Shown: piece after piece, positions 9,259-20,448 of the stretch | Layout: each line of letters opens with the position of its first letter | Numbering within the stretch: position 1 is the stretch's first letter | Assembly: GCA_027005735.1 (NCBI GenBank) | Contig: JALTLF010000103.1 | Span: forward strand, 1-63,568 | DNA from: Chromatiales bacterium | Lineage (GTDB): Bacteria > Pseudomonadota > Gammaproteobacteria > CAMYNG01 | Direction of reading: 5' to 3' | Length of the DNA stretch: 63,568 bases | Translations under genes and position numbers: made by a program | The notes under the pieces: generated by a model | Told to the model about the DNA's origin: nothing | The model's input: the letters and a program-made list of their open reading frames with translations, nothing else | Databases searched by the model: none

Positions 9259-10059
9259 TCACCGCCCGTCGGTGATGCGCTCGAGGCGCAGGCGCTCGCG
9301 CCGGTCGAACAGGTGCCGCGCGCCCACGGTAACCGCCATCATGGTGGCGAAGCCGGTGCCGGCGGCGATCATGAACATGATCAGGATCTGGTACTTCACC
9401 GCTTCCAGCGGCGGACTGCCGGCGAGGATCTGACCGGTCATCATGCCCGGCAGGCTGATGAGCCCCGCCGCCGCCATGGCGTTGATGATGGGGATCATGC
9501 CCACGCGCATGGCGTCGCGGCGGATCTCCCCCACGGCCTCCACGGCGGTCTGCCCCAGTGCGAGGCGCGTCTCCAGCTGCTCGCGTTTCTCCCACACCTG
9601 TTGCGTGAGGCGGTCCAGCGCCAGCGCTACGCCGTTCATGGTGTTGCCCAGCATCATGCCCAGCAGCGGAATGGAATACTGCGGTTCGTACCAGGGCTCG
9701 GCGCCCAGCACCGTGAGCAGCACCAGCAGGGTGACGCTGAAGGCGGAGATGAACATGGACAGGGTGCCGAGGCCGTAGCCCCAGGCGCCGCGGAAACGCC
9801 GCTGCTGGCGGCGCATGACCTCGCGCCCGGCGGCGAGCAGCATGACGATGCCCATGAGCGCCACCCAGCCGAGGTGGACATTGGCGAACAGGGCCTTGAG
9901 CACCAGCCCCACCAGCAGCAGTTGCACCGTGGTGCGCAGCGCCGCGACGAGCAGTTGCAGGCCGAGACCGAGGCGGAAGCGCAGGGACAAGAGCGCCAGG
10001 GCCAGCACCAGCAGGGCAGCCAGAGCGAGGTCGAGGGGCGTGAGCAGGATCAGGCTCAT
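9259..10059 (-). CDS. ABC transporter permease, FetB/YbbM (UPF0014) family
   Basis: RTTVQLLLVG, IPLLGMMLGNTMN, ISLPGMMTGQILAG and AVKYQILIM. Confidence 0.85.
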   Translation of the reverse strand: MSLILLTPLDLALAALLVLALALLSLRFRLGLGLQLLVAALRTTVQLLLVGLVLKALFANVHLGWVALMGIVMLLAAGREVMRRQQRRFRGAWGYGLGTLSMFISAFSVTLLVLLTVLGAEPWYEPQYSIPLLGMMLGNTMNGVALALDRLTQQVWEKREQLETRLALGQTAVEAVGEIRRDAMRVGMIPIINAMAAAGLISLPGMMTGQILAGSPPLEAVKYQILIMFMIAAGTGFATMMAVTVGARHLFDRRERLRLERITDGR

Positions 10060-10649
10060 GCCGCCGCCAGTCTCCCGTGCTCCAGCACCAGGATCTGATC
10101 GGCAATGCGTTTCGCCTGTTCGCGATCATGGCTGACCCAGATCACCGGCGCGGCCTCGGCGGCGCGGTAGTCGGCAATGAGGGCCTCCACGCGGCACGTG
10201 TTGTCGCGGTCGAGGCTGGCGGTGGGCTCGTCCAGCAACAGGACGCGCGGCCGGTTGGCCAGCAGGCGCAGGATGGCGAGGCGCTGGCGCTCGCCGGTGG
10301 AACAACGCGCCATGTCCCAGTCCATGATGTCGGCGGCAAGCGCCAGCGCGCCCACGTCCACCGCGTCGGGATCGGCAAAGTGTTCGCCCACCCGATCGAA
10401 CCACCACTGGCTGTGGGCGGGCAGGTAAGCCACCCGGCGGCGCCACTCGTGAGCGCGAAGGGACTCGCAGGGCCGGCCGTCCAGCAACAGGCGGCCGCGG
10501 TGGGGCAGGAGATCCGCCATGGCGCGCAACAGCAGGGACTTGCCGCTGCCCGAGGGCCCGCGCAGGACGAGACAGCGACCGGCATCGAGGCGCAGGTCCA
10601 CCGGTCCCACGTGCAGGACGGCAAGCTGTTGGGCGACGAAGGTGCTCAG
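10056..10649 (-). CDS. ABC transporter ATP-binding subunit, FetA/YbbL-like (start uncertain)
   Basis: Walker A GPSGSGKS, degenerate signature CSTGERQR, Walker B LLLDEPT; stop overlaps the permease start. Confidence 0.8.
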   Translation of the reverse strand: MSTFVAQQLAVLHVGPVDLRLDAGRCLVLRGPSGSGKSLLLRAMADLLPHRGRLLLDGRPCESLRAHEWRRRVAYLPAHSQWWFDRVGEHFADPDAVDVGALALAADIMDWDMARCSTGERQRLAILRLLANRPRVLLLDEPTASLDRDNTCRVEALIADYRAAEAAPVIWVSHDREQAKRIADQILVLEHGRLAAA

Positions 10650-10754
10650 AACGGTAACCTCGGCGAGGGACGGCGCACAGGCGTGCCATTCTCGGGTCTC
10701 GGCGGCCGCGCTGCAAGTACCTCCACGACGGGCAGCAAGCGCGCGGCGCAAAGG

Positions 10755-10785
10755 AAAAGGGCGCCGCTGTTGCCAGCGACGCCCT
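10755..10785 (-). terminator. Rho-independent terminator after amtB
   Basis: Minus strand GGGCGTCGCTG-GCAA-CAGCGGCGCCC followed by TTTT. Confidence 0.75.
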
Positions 10786-10826
10786 CTCCGGTCGGGCTTG
10801 TTGCCGAATCTACGGCAGCGCCGGGA

Positions 10827-12194
<1,368 letters not shown>

Positions 12195-12217
12195 ATTTCA
12201 GGTCCTCTTTAAACCGT

Positions 12218-12568
<351 letters not shown>

Positions 12569-12633
12569 TCAAGATAGGGCGTTCCCCGCCCCGCCCGGAC
12601 TCGCGGCGGGCGGGGAACCATCATGTCCACCGC

Positions 12634-13290
12634 TTACAGGTCGAAGCTCTGACCCCAGGACACGGTGAAACGCGCATCGCCGGCGGCGCCCGGCAGGTCG
12701 TTGGAGTCATAGGCGAAGGTGAAGTCGCCCCTGGCCAGCGCCAGCTGGATATGCGAGTAGTCCGTGCTGGCGGGATCGTCGAAGTCGTAGTCGCCGTAGA
12801 GCACGGTCAGGGTGAGGTCCTTCTTCAGCTCGAACTCGGCGCTGACGTACAGATAGCGGTCGTCTTCGTAGACACCGGATTCCTTGCTGATGGTCAGGGC
12901 GAGACCGGCGCCGAAGTTCTGGTAGCTGGCGTTGACATAGACTTCATCGATGTCCGACTGCGCGGCACCCACCGGGTAGGTGTAGGTGATGTAACCCACG
13001 TCCAGGTCCACCCCACCGGCAGTAAAGTTGTAACCGGCGTAGAGGTCCATTTCATACTGGTTGCTGGCGCCCAGACTGGAGAGCCAGGTACCGGCGTAGA
13101 AACCGTTGCCGTGGTCGTAGTCGATGCCACCCTGGACGGCGGAATCATCGGAGCCCTGTGTGAGCCCACGGAAGATGTAGTTGCTGGTGACGCCGATGTT
13201 GCCGCTCAGGCTGCCGGCCTGGGCGTTGGCGCCCGCCGCCAGCGATGCCCCCAGGACGGTGGCCAACGCGATAGTTTTCATGGTCTTCAT
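12634..13290 (-). CDS. TorF-family putative porin (TIGR02001-like), copy 1
   Basis: Signal peptide, SNYIFRGLTQ, AVQGGIDY, YEMDLYAGY and terminal FDL. Confidence 0.8.
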   Translation of the reverse strand: MKTMKTIALATVLGASLAAGANAQAGSLSGNIGVTSNYIFRGLTQGSDDSAVQGGIDYDHGNGFYAGTWLSSLGASNQYEMDLYAGYNFTAGGVDLDVGYITYTYPVGAAQSDIDEVYVNASYQNFGAGLALTISKESGVYEDDRYLYVSAEFELKKDLTLTVLYGDYDFDDPASTDYSHIQLALARGDFTFAYDSNDLPGAAGDARFTVSWGQSFDL

Positions 13291-13352
13291 AAGTGTTCTC
13301 CTCAAGACGGATCGAAAAGGTATAATTTGTATGTTGATCGCCCCTGATGGAG

Positions 13353-13368
13353 TGCATGGCGCGTGCCA
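13353..13368 (-). promoter_or_regulatory. Sigma54 -24/-12 promoter of torF-glnK-amtB
   Basis: Minus strand TGGCACGCGCCATGCA (GG-N10-GC). Confidence 0.75.
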
Positions 13369-13419
13369 AATCGAAATCACCTTGTTTAACAATCGGTTAT
13401 GCTTACATGGACAGGGGCC

Positions 13420-13478
13420 TGCACCAATCTGGATCGTGTTTTGGTGCGCTGCACCGGCATCTGCCCCCTATTGGTGCA
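13420..13478. promoter_or_regulatory. NtrC enhancer sites
   Basis: TGCCCCCTATTGGTGCA (13462-13478) plus half-sites TGCACCA (13420) and TTTTGGTGCG; 50-110 bp upstream of the sigma54 promoter. Confidence 0.65.
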
Positions 13479-13553
13479 CAGGCGAACACGGTCACAGTTT
13501 CCCCGCCCGGGCGCAGCACCTTTTCCCCGGCGCGGCCAACACGGGATGCCCCC

Positions 13554-13826
13554 ATGGCAAACGAGACACTGATTGATGACGTGATGGCCCAGCTGGGCCG
13601 CCAGCTGGACAAGCTGCTGCCGAAGGGACTGTCGCCGTCGGTGCTGCAGGCCGACGTGGAACGCGCCCTGCGCACCGCGCTGGAGCGCAGCCTGGCGAAA
13701 ATGAACCTCGTCACCCGCGAGGAACTGGACGTCCAGACCGCCGTCCTGGCCCGCACCCGCGAGAAGCTCGAGGCACTGGAAAAAACGGTTGCGGCGCTGG
13801 AGGCAAAGTTAAAAAATAGTGACTAG
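13554..13826 (+). CDS. ubiK: UbiK/BMFP (YqiC) family protein
   Basis: KMNLVTREELDVQTAVLARTREKLEALE; typical position between glnK and comM. Confidence 0.85.
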   Translation: MANETLIDDVMAQLGRQLDKLLPKGLSPSVLQADVERALRTALERSLAKMNLVTREELDVQTAVLARTREKLEALEKTVAALEAKLKNSD

Positions 13827-13833
13827 CGATCTG

Positions 13834-13898
13834 CTAGGAGCACCGCCCCCGGTGCGATAACCCAACCCCGCCAATCGCGCCGGGGGCGGTGCTCCTGC
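13834..13898. repeat. Inverted REP doublet (REPIN-like)
   Basis: CTAGGAGCACCGCCCCCGGTGCGAT and ATCGCGCCGGGGGCGGTGCTCCTGC face each other; same family as the 8907 REPs. Confidence 0.75.
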
Positions 13899-13916
13899 CA
13901 ACATGGAAGGGAAGCC

Positions 13917-15431
13917 ATGTCATTTTCCGTTGTCCATACCCGGGCGCAGAACGGCATCGACGCGCCCGCCGTCACCGTCGAGACCCATCTCGCCAACGGC
14001 CTGCCGGCCTTCTCCATCGTTGGCCTGCCCGAGGCCGCGGTGCGAGAGAGCCGCGACCGGGTGCGCGCGGCACTCATCAACAGCCACTTCGAGTTTCCCG
14101 CGCGGCGCATCACCGTCAACCTCGCCCCGGCGGATCTGCCCAAGGAGGGTGGCCGCTTCGACCTGCCCATCGCCCTGGGGATCCTCGCCGCCTCGGGGCA
14201 ACTGGACGACCGCGCCCTCGATGGCCACGAGTTCATCGGCGAACTGGCGCTGAGCGGGGCCCTGCGCCCGGTACCCGGCGCCCTGCCGGTGGCCCTGCAC
14301 ACCCGCCGGGAGCAGCGCGCGCTGGTGCTGCCGGAGACCAACAGCGCGGAGGCGGCGCTGGTGCGCGACGTGACCGTCCACCCGGCCGCGGATCTGCTCG
14401 CCGTGTGCGCACACCTCAATGGCGAGGCGACCCTGCCCGCGGCCAGCACGGCGCCCCGGCCCGCCCCACCACCCGAGGGCGTGGATCTCGCCGATGTACG
14501 CGGTCAGCACCAGGCCCGCCGCGCGCTGGAGGTGGCCGCCGCCGGCGGCCACAACCTGCTGTTCTTCGGCACGCCGGGCACCGGCAAGTCCATGCTCGCC
14601 ACCCGCCTGCCGGGGATCCTGCCGCCGCTCTCGGACGAGGCGGCCATCGAGACCGCGGCCATCTACTCCATCAGCGGCCAGCCGCTGGATCCGCAACACT
14701 GGGCCCGCCCCCCCTTTCGCCAGCCTCATCACACCGCCTCCGGCGTGGCGCTGGTGGGAGGGGGCTCACACCCGCGTCCCGGGGAGATCTCGCTGGCCCA
14801 CCAGGGCATTTTGTTTCTGGACGAGTTGCCGGAATTCGACCGCCGCGTGCTGGAGGTACTGCGCGAGCCCCTGGAGACCGGGCGCATCAGCATCTCCCGC
14901 GCCGCCCGCCAGGCGGAGTTCCCCGCGCGTTTCCAGTTGATCGCCGCCATGAATCCCTGCCCCTGCGGCTACCTCGGCCACCCCGACGGCCGTTGCCGCT
15001 GTACGCCGGAACAGATCCAGCGCTACCGCGGGCGGATCTCCGGCCCGCTGCTGGATCGCATCGACATGCACGTGGAGGTCCCACCCCTGCCGCGAGGCGG
15101 CCTGCGGGAGGAAAGTGGTGCAGCGCCGGAGGACAGCGCCAGCGTGCGAGCGCGCGTCGGCGCCGCGCGGCAACGCCAGCTCGCCCGCCGGGACAGTCTC
15201 AACGCCCATCTTGGCCCGGCGGCGCTGAAGGCCTGTTGCCGGCTTAGCCATGACGACCAGGCCCTGCTCGATGGCGCCATTGAAAAGCTCGGCCTGTCGG
15301 CGCGCGCCACGGATCGCATCCTGCGCGTGGCCCGCACCATCGCCGATCTCGACGCCAGTGAGGACATCGCCACCGCGCACCTGGGCGAGGCGCTCTCCTA
15401 CCGGCAGCTGGATCGGGCGCCGCGCGCTTGA
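13917..15431 (+). CDS. comM: ComM/YifB Mg-chelatase-like AAA+ ATPase
   Basis: VRESRDRV, NLAPADLPKEG, GTPGTGKSM, FLDELPEF, AMNPCPCGY and SGPLLDRID. Confidence 0.93.
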   Translation: MSFSVVHTRAQNGIDAPAVTVETHLANGLPAFSIVGLPEAAVRESRDRVRAALINSHFEFPARRITVNLAPADLPKEGGRFDLPIALGILAASGQLDDRALDGHEFIGELALSGALRPVPGALPVALHTRREQRALVLPETNSAEAALVRDVTVHPAADLLAVCAHLNGEATLPAASTAPRPAPPPEGVDLADVRGQHQARRALEVAAAGGHNLLFFGTPGTGKSMLATRLPGILPPLSDEAAIETAAIYSISGQPLDPQHWARPPFRQPHHTASGVALVGGGSHPRPGEISLAHQGILFLDELPEFDRRVLEVLREPLETGRISISRAARQAEFPARFQLIAAMNPCPCGYLGHPDGRCRCTPEQIQRYRGRISGPLLDRIDMHVEVPPLPRGGLREESGAAPEDSASVRARVGAARQRQLARRDSLNAHLGPAALKACCRLSHDDQALLDGAIEKLGLSARATDRILRVARTIADLDASEDIATAHLGEALSYRQLDRAPRA

Positions 15432-15502
15432 TACGCCGCATGCGCCTGTTTCACACTGTGGCGCGGCGGAACCGAAACCCGCCGGAGTCTGACTGAGCCG
15501 CC

Positions 15503-15880
15503 ATGGAATTCATCCTGTTCACCTTGCCCGTTACCCTGCTGGCAATAAGTTACCGTGTGACGCGCTTTCTCTATCCCGCACTCGTGGTGATGGCGGCCTT
15601 TTTCGTGAGCTGGAGTTTCATGGAAAATGACGGCGGCAGTTCCGGGCATCAAAGCATACGGCTCGGTTTCAACGCCCTGCTCGGGATCGGCCTGCTGTTG
15701 CCGGCCATGGCCGGGATCACCACCCTTGTTCTCAGGCGCCACCGCAGTGTCCATGCGCGTTTCGGCCAGGGCCCCCTGTGGCCCCGCTGGTGGCGCGCCG
15801 CCCTGTGGCACGCTCTCGGCATGGCCCTGATGGGCCTCGCCGTTGTCCTCGCCGGCATTGCCGCCGTTCTCCTGGACTGA
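15503..15880 (+). CDS. Hypothetical membrane protein
   Basis: 125 aa with 3-4 hydrophobic segments; GAG before ATG; no recognised motif. Confidence 0.6.
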   Translation: MEFILFTLPVTLLAISYRVTRFLYPALVVMAAFFVSWSFMENDGGSSGHQSIRLGFNALLGIGLLLPAMAGITTLVLRRHRSVHARFGQGPLWPRWWRAALWHALGMALMGLAVVLAGIAAVLLD

Positions 15881-15907
15881 AAAAGGGCGCCGCGAAGCGA
15901 CGCCCTT
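15881..15907 (-). terminator. Terminator hairpin after torF copy 2 (possibly bidirectional)
   Basis: AAAAGGGCGCCGC-GAA-GCGACGCCCT; arms identical to the amtB terminator. Confidence 0.65.
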
Positions 15908-15933
15908 CGTGGGGTACGGCCAGTGGATTGCGC

Positions 15934-16575
15934 CTAGAAGGTCTTCTTCCAGCCCACCACCACGCGGTAGTTGTCGGTGGGGTTGCCTGCGCCGATATCG
16001 TCGTCGGTGAAGCTCAGGCCGAGGCTGAATTCACCCTTGCTGAGGGTCACGGCGATGTCGTTGTAGTCGGGCAGGATGTCGCGCGAGTACATGCCAAGAT
16101 GGAGGTTGAGGGCGTAGCCCTGCGTCAGCGGCATGTCGTAGGCGCCTTCGAGGTAGTAGTTCTTGTTGTCGAGATCGGCGGAGAATTTGGCGGTGAAGCC
16201 GTTCTGAAAATCGGCGCCGATGAAGATCTCCTCGAAGCTGGCGTTGGAGACGTTGGGGTACTGGTAGCTGATGAGCCCCACGTCCAGCTCGATGCCCTGC
16301 CGGACGGTGAACACGTAGCCGCCGTAGAGATCCAGCTCGTAGCTGCCGGTGGCCCCGCCGGCCTCGGAGGTCCAGGTGCCGAGATAGAAACCGGAATCGT
16401 CGGTGAAGTCGATCCCGCCCTGCACCGCGGCGGTGTCGTTCGTCTGGGTCACACCGCGGAAAAGATAGTTGGAGACCACGCCGACGTTGGCCTCGAGCTT
16501 GCCGGCCGCGGTGGCCATGCCGGCCAGCGACAGCAACACTGCCGTGGCCAGAACCCTGCGCATTGTTGTTTTCAT
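15934..16575 (-). CDS. TorF-family putative porin, copy 2
   Basis: Signal peptide, SNYLFRGVTQ, AVQGGIDF, YELDLYGGY and terminal WKKTF. Confidence 0.8.
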   Translation of the reverse strand: MKTTMRRVLATAVLLSLAGMATAAGKLEANVGVVSNYLFRGVTQTNDTAAVQGGIDFTDDSGFYLGTWTSEAGGATGSYELDLYGGYVFTVRQGIELDVGLISYQYPNVSNASFEEIFIGADFQNGFTAKFSADLDNKNYYLEGAYDMPLTQGYALNLHLGMYSRDILPDYNDIAVTLSKGEFSLGLSFTDDDIGAGNPTDNYRVVVGWKKTF

Positions 16576-16639
16576 TTCCTTGCTCCCTTTCGATGAATTT
16601 GAGGTTGAGAATCCGGGCAGGCGCAAGTTTACGTCAAAA

Positions 16640-16656
16640 CGCACCGTGATGGTGCA
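16640..16656. promoter_or_regulatory. NtrC-like binding site upstream of torF copy 2
   Basis: CGCACCGTGATGGTGCA versus consensus TGCACCA-N3-TGGTGCA; next to a TTGACG on the minus strand. Confidence 0.5.
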
Positions 16657-16836
16657 AGCCCGGCGTCCTGAAGCGTGCCTGCGTCACATTTCGCGGCCCG
16701 CGGGGCGAGTTTGTGCCGCGCCGCGGCCGCCTGCTAGAATCCCGCGCCATTGGCGCCTCCCTCGCTACCGTGTCCGGGCGAGTCTCGCTGCACCCGTGTT
16801 TTTCATGTTCGCTGGATGAAGGCCGTATCGCCCACC

Positions 16837-18846
16837 ATGTCACTGGATCTCAACCTGCCACAGCAGGAGGCCGTCAGGCACACCGGCACGCCCCTGCTGG
16901 TGCTGGCCGGTGCCGGCAGCGGCAAGACCCGCGTCATCACGCAGAAGATCGCCTACCTCATCGGTGAGCGGGGCATGCCTGCCCGCCATATCGCCGCGGT
17001 GACCTTCACCAACAAGGCGGCACGCGAAATGAAGGCCCGCGTGGGCAGGCTGCTCGGCCAGACCCCCGAGGGCCTGCGCATCTCCACCTTTCATGCCCTG
17101 GGGCTGGACATCATCCGCCGCGAGGCGCGCCACCTGGGCCTGCGCCCCGGCTTTTCCATCTACGACAACCAGGACAGCGCCAACCTGATCCGTGATCTCA
17201 TGTGCCGCAGCTTCGGCGATGACGGCAAGCAGGCGGAACGCACCCAGTGGCGCATCTCGGCCTGGAAGAACGACTTCCTGCAACCGGAGCAGGTGTTGCT
17301 GGAAGACAAAAGTGACGCCATCAGCGCCGCGGCCATGCGCGTGTACGCCGACTACAACCGCCACCTGCGAACCTGTAACGCGGTGGACTTCGACGATCTC
17401 ATCATGCTGCCGGTGTTGCTGTTCCGCGAGCAGCCGGAGATCCTCGACAAGTGGCGCAGCCGTATCCGCTACCTGCTCATCGACGAGTACCAGGACACCA
17501 ATGCCACCCAGTATGAGCTGGTGCGCGCGCTGGTGGGCGAGCGCCAGGGGCTCACCGTGGTCGGCGACGACGACCAGTCCATCTATGCCTGGCGTGGTGC
17601 GTGCCCGGAAAACCTCGCGCGCCTGCAAACAGATTTCCCCGATCTGCGCGTCATCAAGCTGGAACAGAATTACCGTTCCATGGGGCGCATCCTCAAGGCC
17701 GCCAATGCGCTCATCGGCAACAATCCCCATGTCTATGAAAAGCGCCTGTGGAGCGATCTGGGTTACGGCGATCCCATCCGCGTCATCCGCACCGCCAACG
17801 AGGAAGACGAGGCCGAGCGCATTGTCGCCGAGTTATTACACCACCGTTTCCAGAAGGGCTCGCGCTTCGGTGACTATGCCATCCTCTACCGCGGCAACCA
17901 CCAGTCGCGCCTGTTCGAGAAACAGCTCGCCCTGCACAACGTGCCCTATTACCTCAGCGGCGGCACTTCCTTTTTCGCCTACAGCGAGATCAAGGACATC
18001 ATGGCCTATCTGCGCCTGGTGACCAATCCCGAGGACGACAATGCCTTCCTGCGCATCGTCAACACGCCGCGCCGCGAGATCGGTCCCACCAGCGTCGAGG
18101 CGCTGGTGCGTTTTGCCGCCAGCCGGCACAGCCACCTGCTCAACGCCTGCTTTGACAATGCCATCCACAGCGAACTCAAGACCCGCGCGGTGAACAGCAT
18201 CCAGGCCTTCGCCAACTGGGTGGTGGACATGAGCCAGCGCGTGGCGGCGGGCGAGAGCGTCGAGGTGGTGCGCGACATCATTCGCGACATCGGCTACGAG
18301 ACCTGGCTCATCGACAACTGCAAGGAACGCGAGGACGCCGAGCGGCGCATGGGAAACGTCAACGACCTGGTGGAATGGATCTCACGCCTGTCACGCGAGC
18401 AGAAGGAAGGCGGCCTCGGCGAGGTCATCCGTCGCCTGACCCTGCTCGACATGCTCGACCGCGACGACGACAATGCCCGTGACCAGGTGAGCCTCATGAC
18501 CCTGCACGCCGCCAAGGGACTGGAGTTCGACTGCGTGTTTCTCGTCGGCTTCGAGGAAAACCTCCTGCCCCACCGCGCCAGCATCGAGGAAGGCAACATC
18601 GAGGAAGAACGCCGCCTCGCCTACGTCGGCCTCACCCGCGCCAGGCGCGAGCTCACCCTGAGCTTTGCCGCCAGGCGCAAGCGCCATGGCGAGATCGTCG
18701 AATGTGAGCCCAGCCGTTTCCTCGATGAACTGCCCGCCGACGACCTCGACTGGAGCGGCCGCGACAACAATCTCAGCGACGAGGAAAAGAAGGCGCGCGG
18801 ACGTGGACACCTCGCCGGTCTGCGGAAACTCCTGGCAACGGAGTGA
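16837..18846 (+). CDS. rep: ATP-dependent DNA helicase Rep
   Basis: AGAGSGKTRVIT, TFTNKAAREM, DEYQDTN, LEQNYRS, MTLHAAKGLEF and EERRLAYVG; about 670 aa. Confidence 0.93.
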   Translation: MSLDLNLPQQEAVRHTGTPLLVLAGAGSGKTRVITQKIAYLIGERGMPARHIAAVTFTNKAAREMKARVGRLLGQTPEGLRISTFHALGLDIIRREARHLGLRPGFSIYDNQDSANLIRDLMCRSFGDDGKQAERTQWRISAWKNDFLQPEQVLLEDKSDAISAAAMRVYADYNRHLRTCNAVDFDDLIMLPVLLFREQPEILDKWRSRIRYLLIDEYQDTNATQYELVRALVGERQGLTVVGDDDQSIYAWRGACPENLARLQTDFPDLRVIKLEQNYRSMGRILKAANALIGNNPHVYEKRLWSDLGYGDPIRVIRTANEEDEAERIVAELLHHRFQKGSRFGDYAILYRGNHQSRLFEKQLALHNVPYYLSGGTSFFAYSEIKDIMAYLRLVTNPEDDNAFLRIVNTPRREIGPTSVEALVRFAASRHSHLLNACFDNAIHSELKTRAVNSIQAFANWVVDMSQRVAAGESVEVVRDIIRDIGYETWLIDNCKEREDAERRMGNVNDLVEWISRLSREQKEGGLGEVIRRLTLLDMLDRDDDNARDQVSLMTLHAAKGLEFDCVFLVGFEENLLPHRASIEEGNIEEERRLAYVGLTRARRELTLSFAARRKRHGEIVECEPSRFLDELPADDLDWSGRDNNLSDEEKKARGRGHLAGLRKLLATE

Positions 18847-18916
18847 TCTCCGTGTAAAACCCGCCGCGGCTCACCGGCGTACCCAGCTCGCCGTTCATAC
18901 GGGAAGCGGGGACAAC

Positions 18917-19936
18917 TCAGCCGCCTGATGCCGCCTGCTTGCGGATTTCCATCAGGCCCGGCCACAGATCGATGAGCTGTTTGCGTATCTTGGGCTCGGA
19001 TTCCAGGACAAATGCGAGAAAGGCCTGTGCCACCAGTGATAGCTCCTTGCCCCTGGGATGCGCAATGTACCACTGTCGCTGTATCGGGAAACCCTCCACG
19101 TCCAACACCGCCACCGGACCCGTGCTACCCTCAAGTGCCAGGGTATGCAGGGAAAGGATCGACAAGCCAAGGCCACCAACGATGGCGTGCTTGATGGCTT
19201 CGTTACTGCCCAGTTCCATGCGGATCCTGGGGCGCAGCTTGGCGGCGGAAAACACTCGCAGGCTGGCATCTCGTATCCCCGAACCGGGCTCGCGCAGTAT
19301 AAGAGGCTCTTCAGCGATGATCTCAAGGGGAATCTGCTTCCGGCCCACCAACGGGTGGTTTTGCGGCGCCATGACGACCAGCGGATTGGGCGCGAAGGCA
19401 TGGGTTTCCACCTGGATATCGTCGGCCGGTGTTGAGCCCATGATGTAGAGATCATCCTCGTTGGATTGCATCCGCTCGATCACCCTGTCGCGGTTGGTCA
19501 CCTTGAGGGAGACCTCGATTCCTTCATGCATCTGGCTGAATTCACCCAGCAGCTCAGGTGCGACGTACTTGGCGGTGGTCACGACGCACAGGCGCAGGCG
19601 GCCACGCTTGATACCCTTGATATCGGCGATTTTCATCTCGAGGTTGGCGAGTGTCTCGAAAATCTCACGACAGGCCTCATAGAGTTCCAGTGCCGCCTCG
19701 GTGGGTTTGACACTGCGCCCGACGTGCTCGAACAGGGGCAGGCCCATGGCATCCGCCAGTTTCTTGACCTGCATGGAAACGGTCGGCTGGGTGAGAAAGA
19801 GTTCCTCCGAGGCGCGGGTAAAGTTCCCGTGCCGCACGATGGCCTCGAACACCTGGAGCTGGCGCAGGGTGGCATGCCGGATCAGGTAATCGGGCATGGA
19901 GATCGATGGCGTGGAATCGTGGTCTTGTGTCGGCAC
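18917..19936 (-). CDS. cbbR: LysR-type regulator CbbR, island copy (start 19936 GTG or 19897 ATG)
   Basis: MPDYLIRHATLRQLQVF, FTRASEELFLTQPTVSMQVK, REPGSG and SNEAIK; adjacent to the cso operon. Confidence 0.85.
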   Translation of the reverse strand: MPTQDHDSTPSISMPDYLIRHATLRQLQVFEAIVRHGNFTRASEELFLTQPTVSMQVKKLADAMGLPLFEHVGRSVKPTEAALELYEACREIFETLANLEMKIADIKGIKRGRLRLCVVTTAKYVAPELLGEFSQMHEGIEVSLKVTNRDRVIERMQSNEDDLYIMGSTPADDIQVETHAFAPNPLVVMAPQNHPLVGRKQIPLEIIAEEPLILREPGSGIRDASLRVFSAAKLRPRIRMELGSNEAIKHAIVGGLGLSILSLHTLALEGSTGPVAVLDVEGFPIQRQWYIAHPRGKELSLVAQAFLAFVLESEPKIRKQLIDLWPGLMEIRKQAASGG

Positions 19937-19959
19937 GGCTCGCCCCCCGGTATTAAAAC

Positions 19960-20060
19960 CGCGTAAAATACTAGGATATTAGAAGTTTATCACCGAACGG
20001 CAATAGATATATATAGATATTATCCGCCAATAGGATAGATAATAATAAATACATTAATCC
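19960..20060. promoter_or_regulatory. AT-rich LysR-type control region upstream of island cbbR
   Basis: ATAGAT half-sites at 20003, 20013 and 20035 within a very AT-rich patch. Confidence 0.5.
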
Positions 20061-20211
20061 CGATCCCCGCAGGCAGGTTCCAATACCCACCCTTGCAGGG
20101 CCGTGACTAATTGATTTACAGCCAAAATACAGCACCAGGCGCCTGATCGCCCCCTTTCAGCCGCGAAACAGGCCAGAACCGCCTGCCGCCGGACTGTGGG
20201 TTTGCCGGCGG

Positions 20212-20448
20212 TCAGTCCGGCCAGACGCGACGACCGCTCTGGTAGCCGTCAGACTGGGCCTTCGGGCCCTTCTCGGTGTGGCGCGCGACCTTCTTCTGTA
20301 GCGCCGGTTTGGCCGCAGCCGGCTTTTGCCTCCCTACGGGCATCGGCGCGGATGACTGTTTCGGCTCCCCGCTGCCAACACCCGTGCCGGCCTTGGTTTT
20401 GCGCATGGAACCCAAGAGTTTTTCTCGGGTCTTGTCCTTGCTGCTCAT
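20212..20448 (-). CDS. mcdB: Alpha-carboxysome positioning adaptor McdB
   Basis: 78 aa, basic N-terminal helix, disordered middle, C-terminal RVWPD typical of alpha-McdB; overlaps the mcdA stop. Confidence 0.8.
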   Translation of the reverse strand: MSSKDKTREKLLGSMRKTKAGTGVGSGEPKQSSAPMPVGRQKPAAAKPALQKKVARHTEKGPKAQSDGYQSGRRVWPD

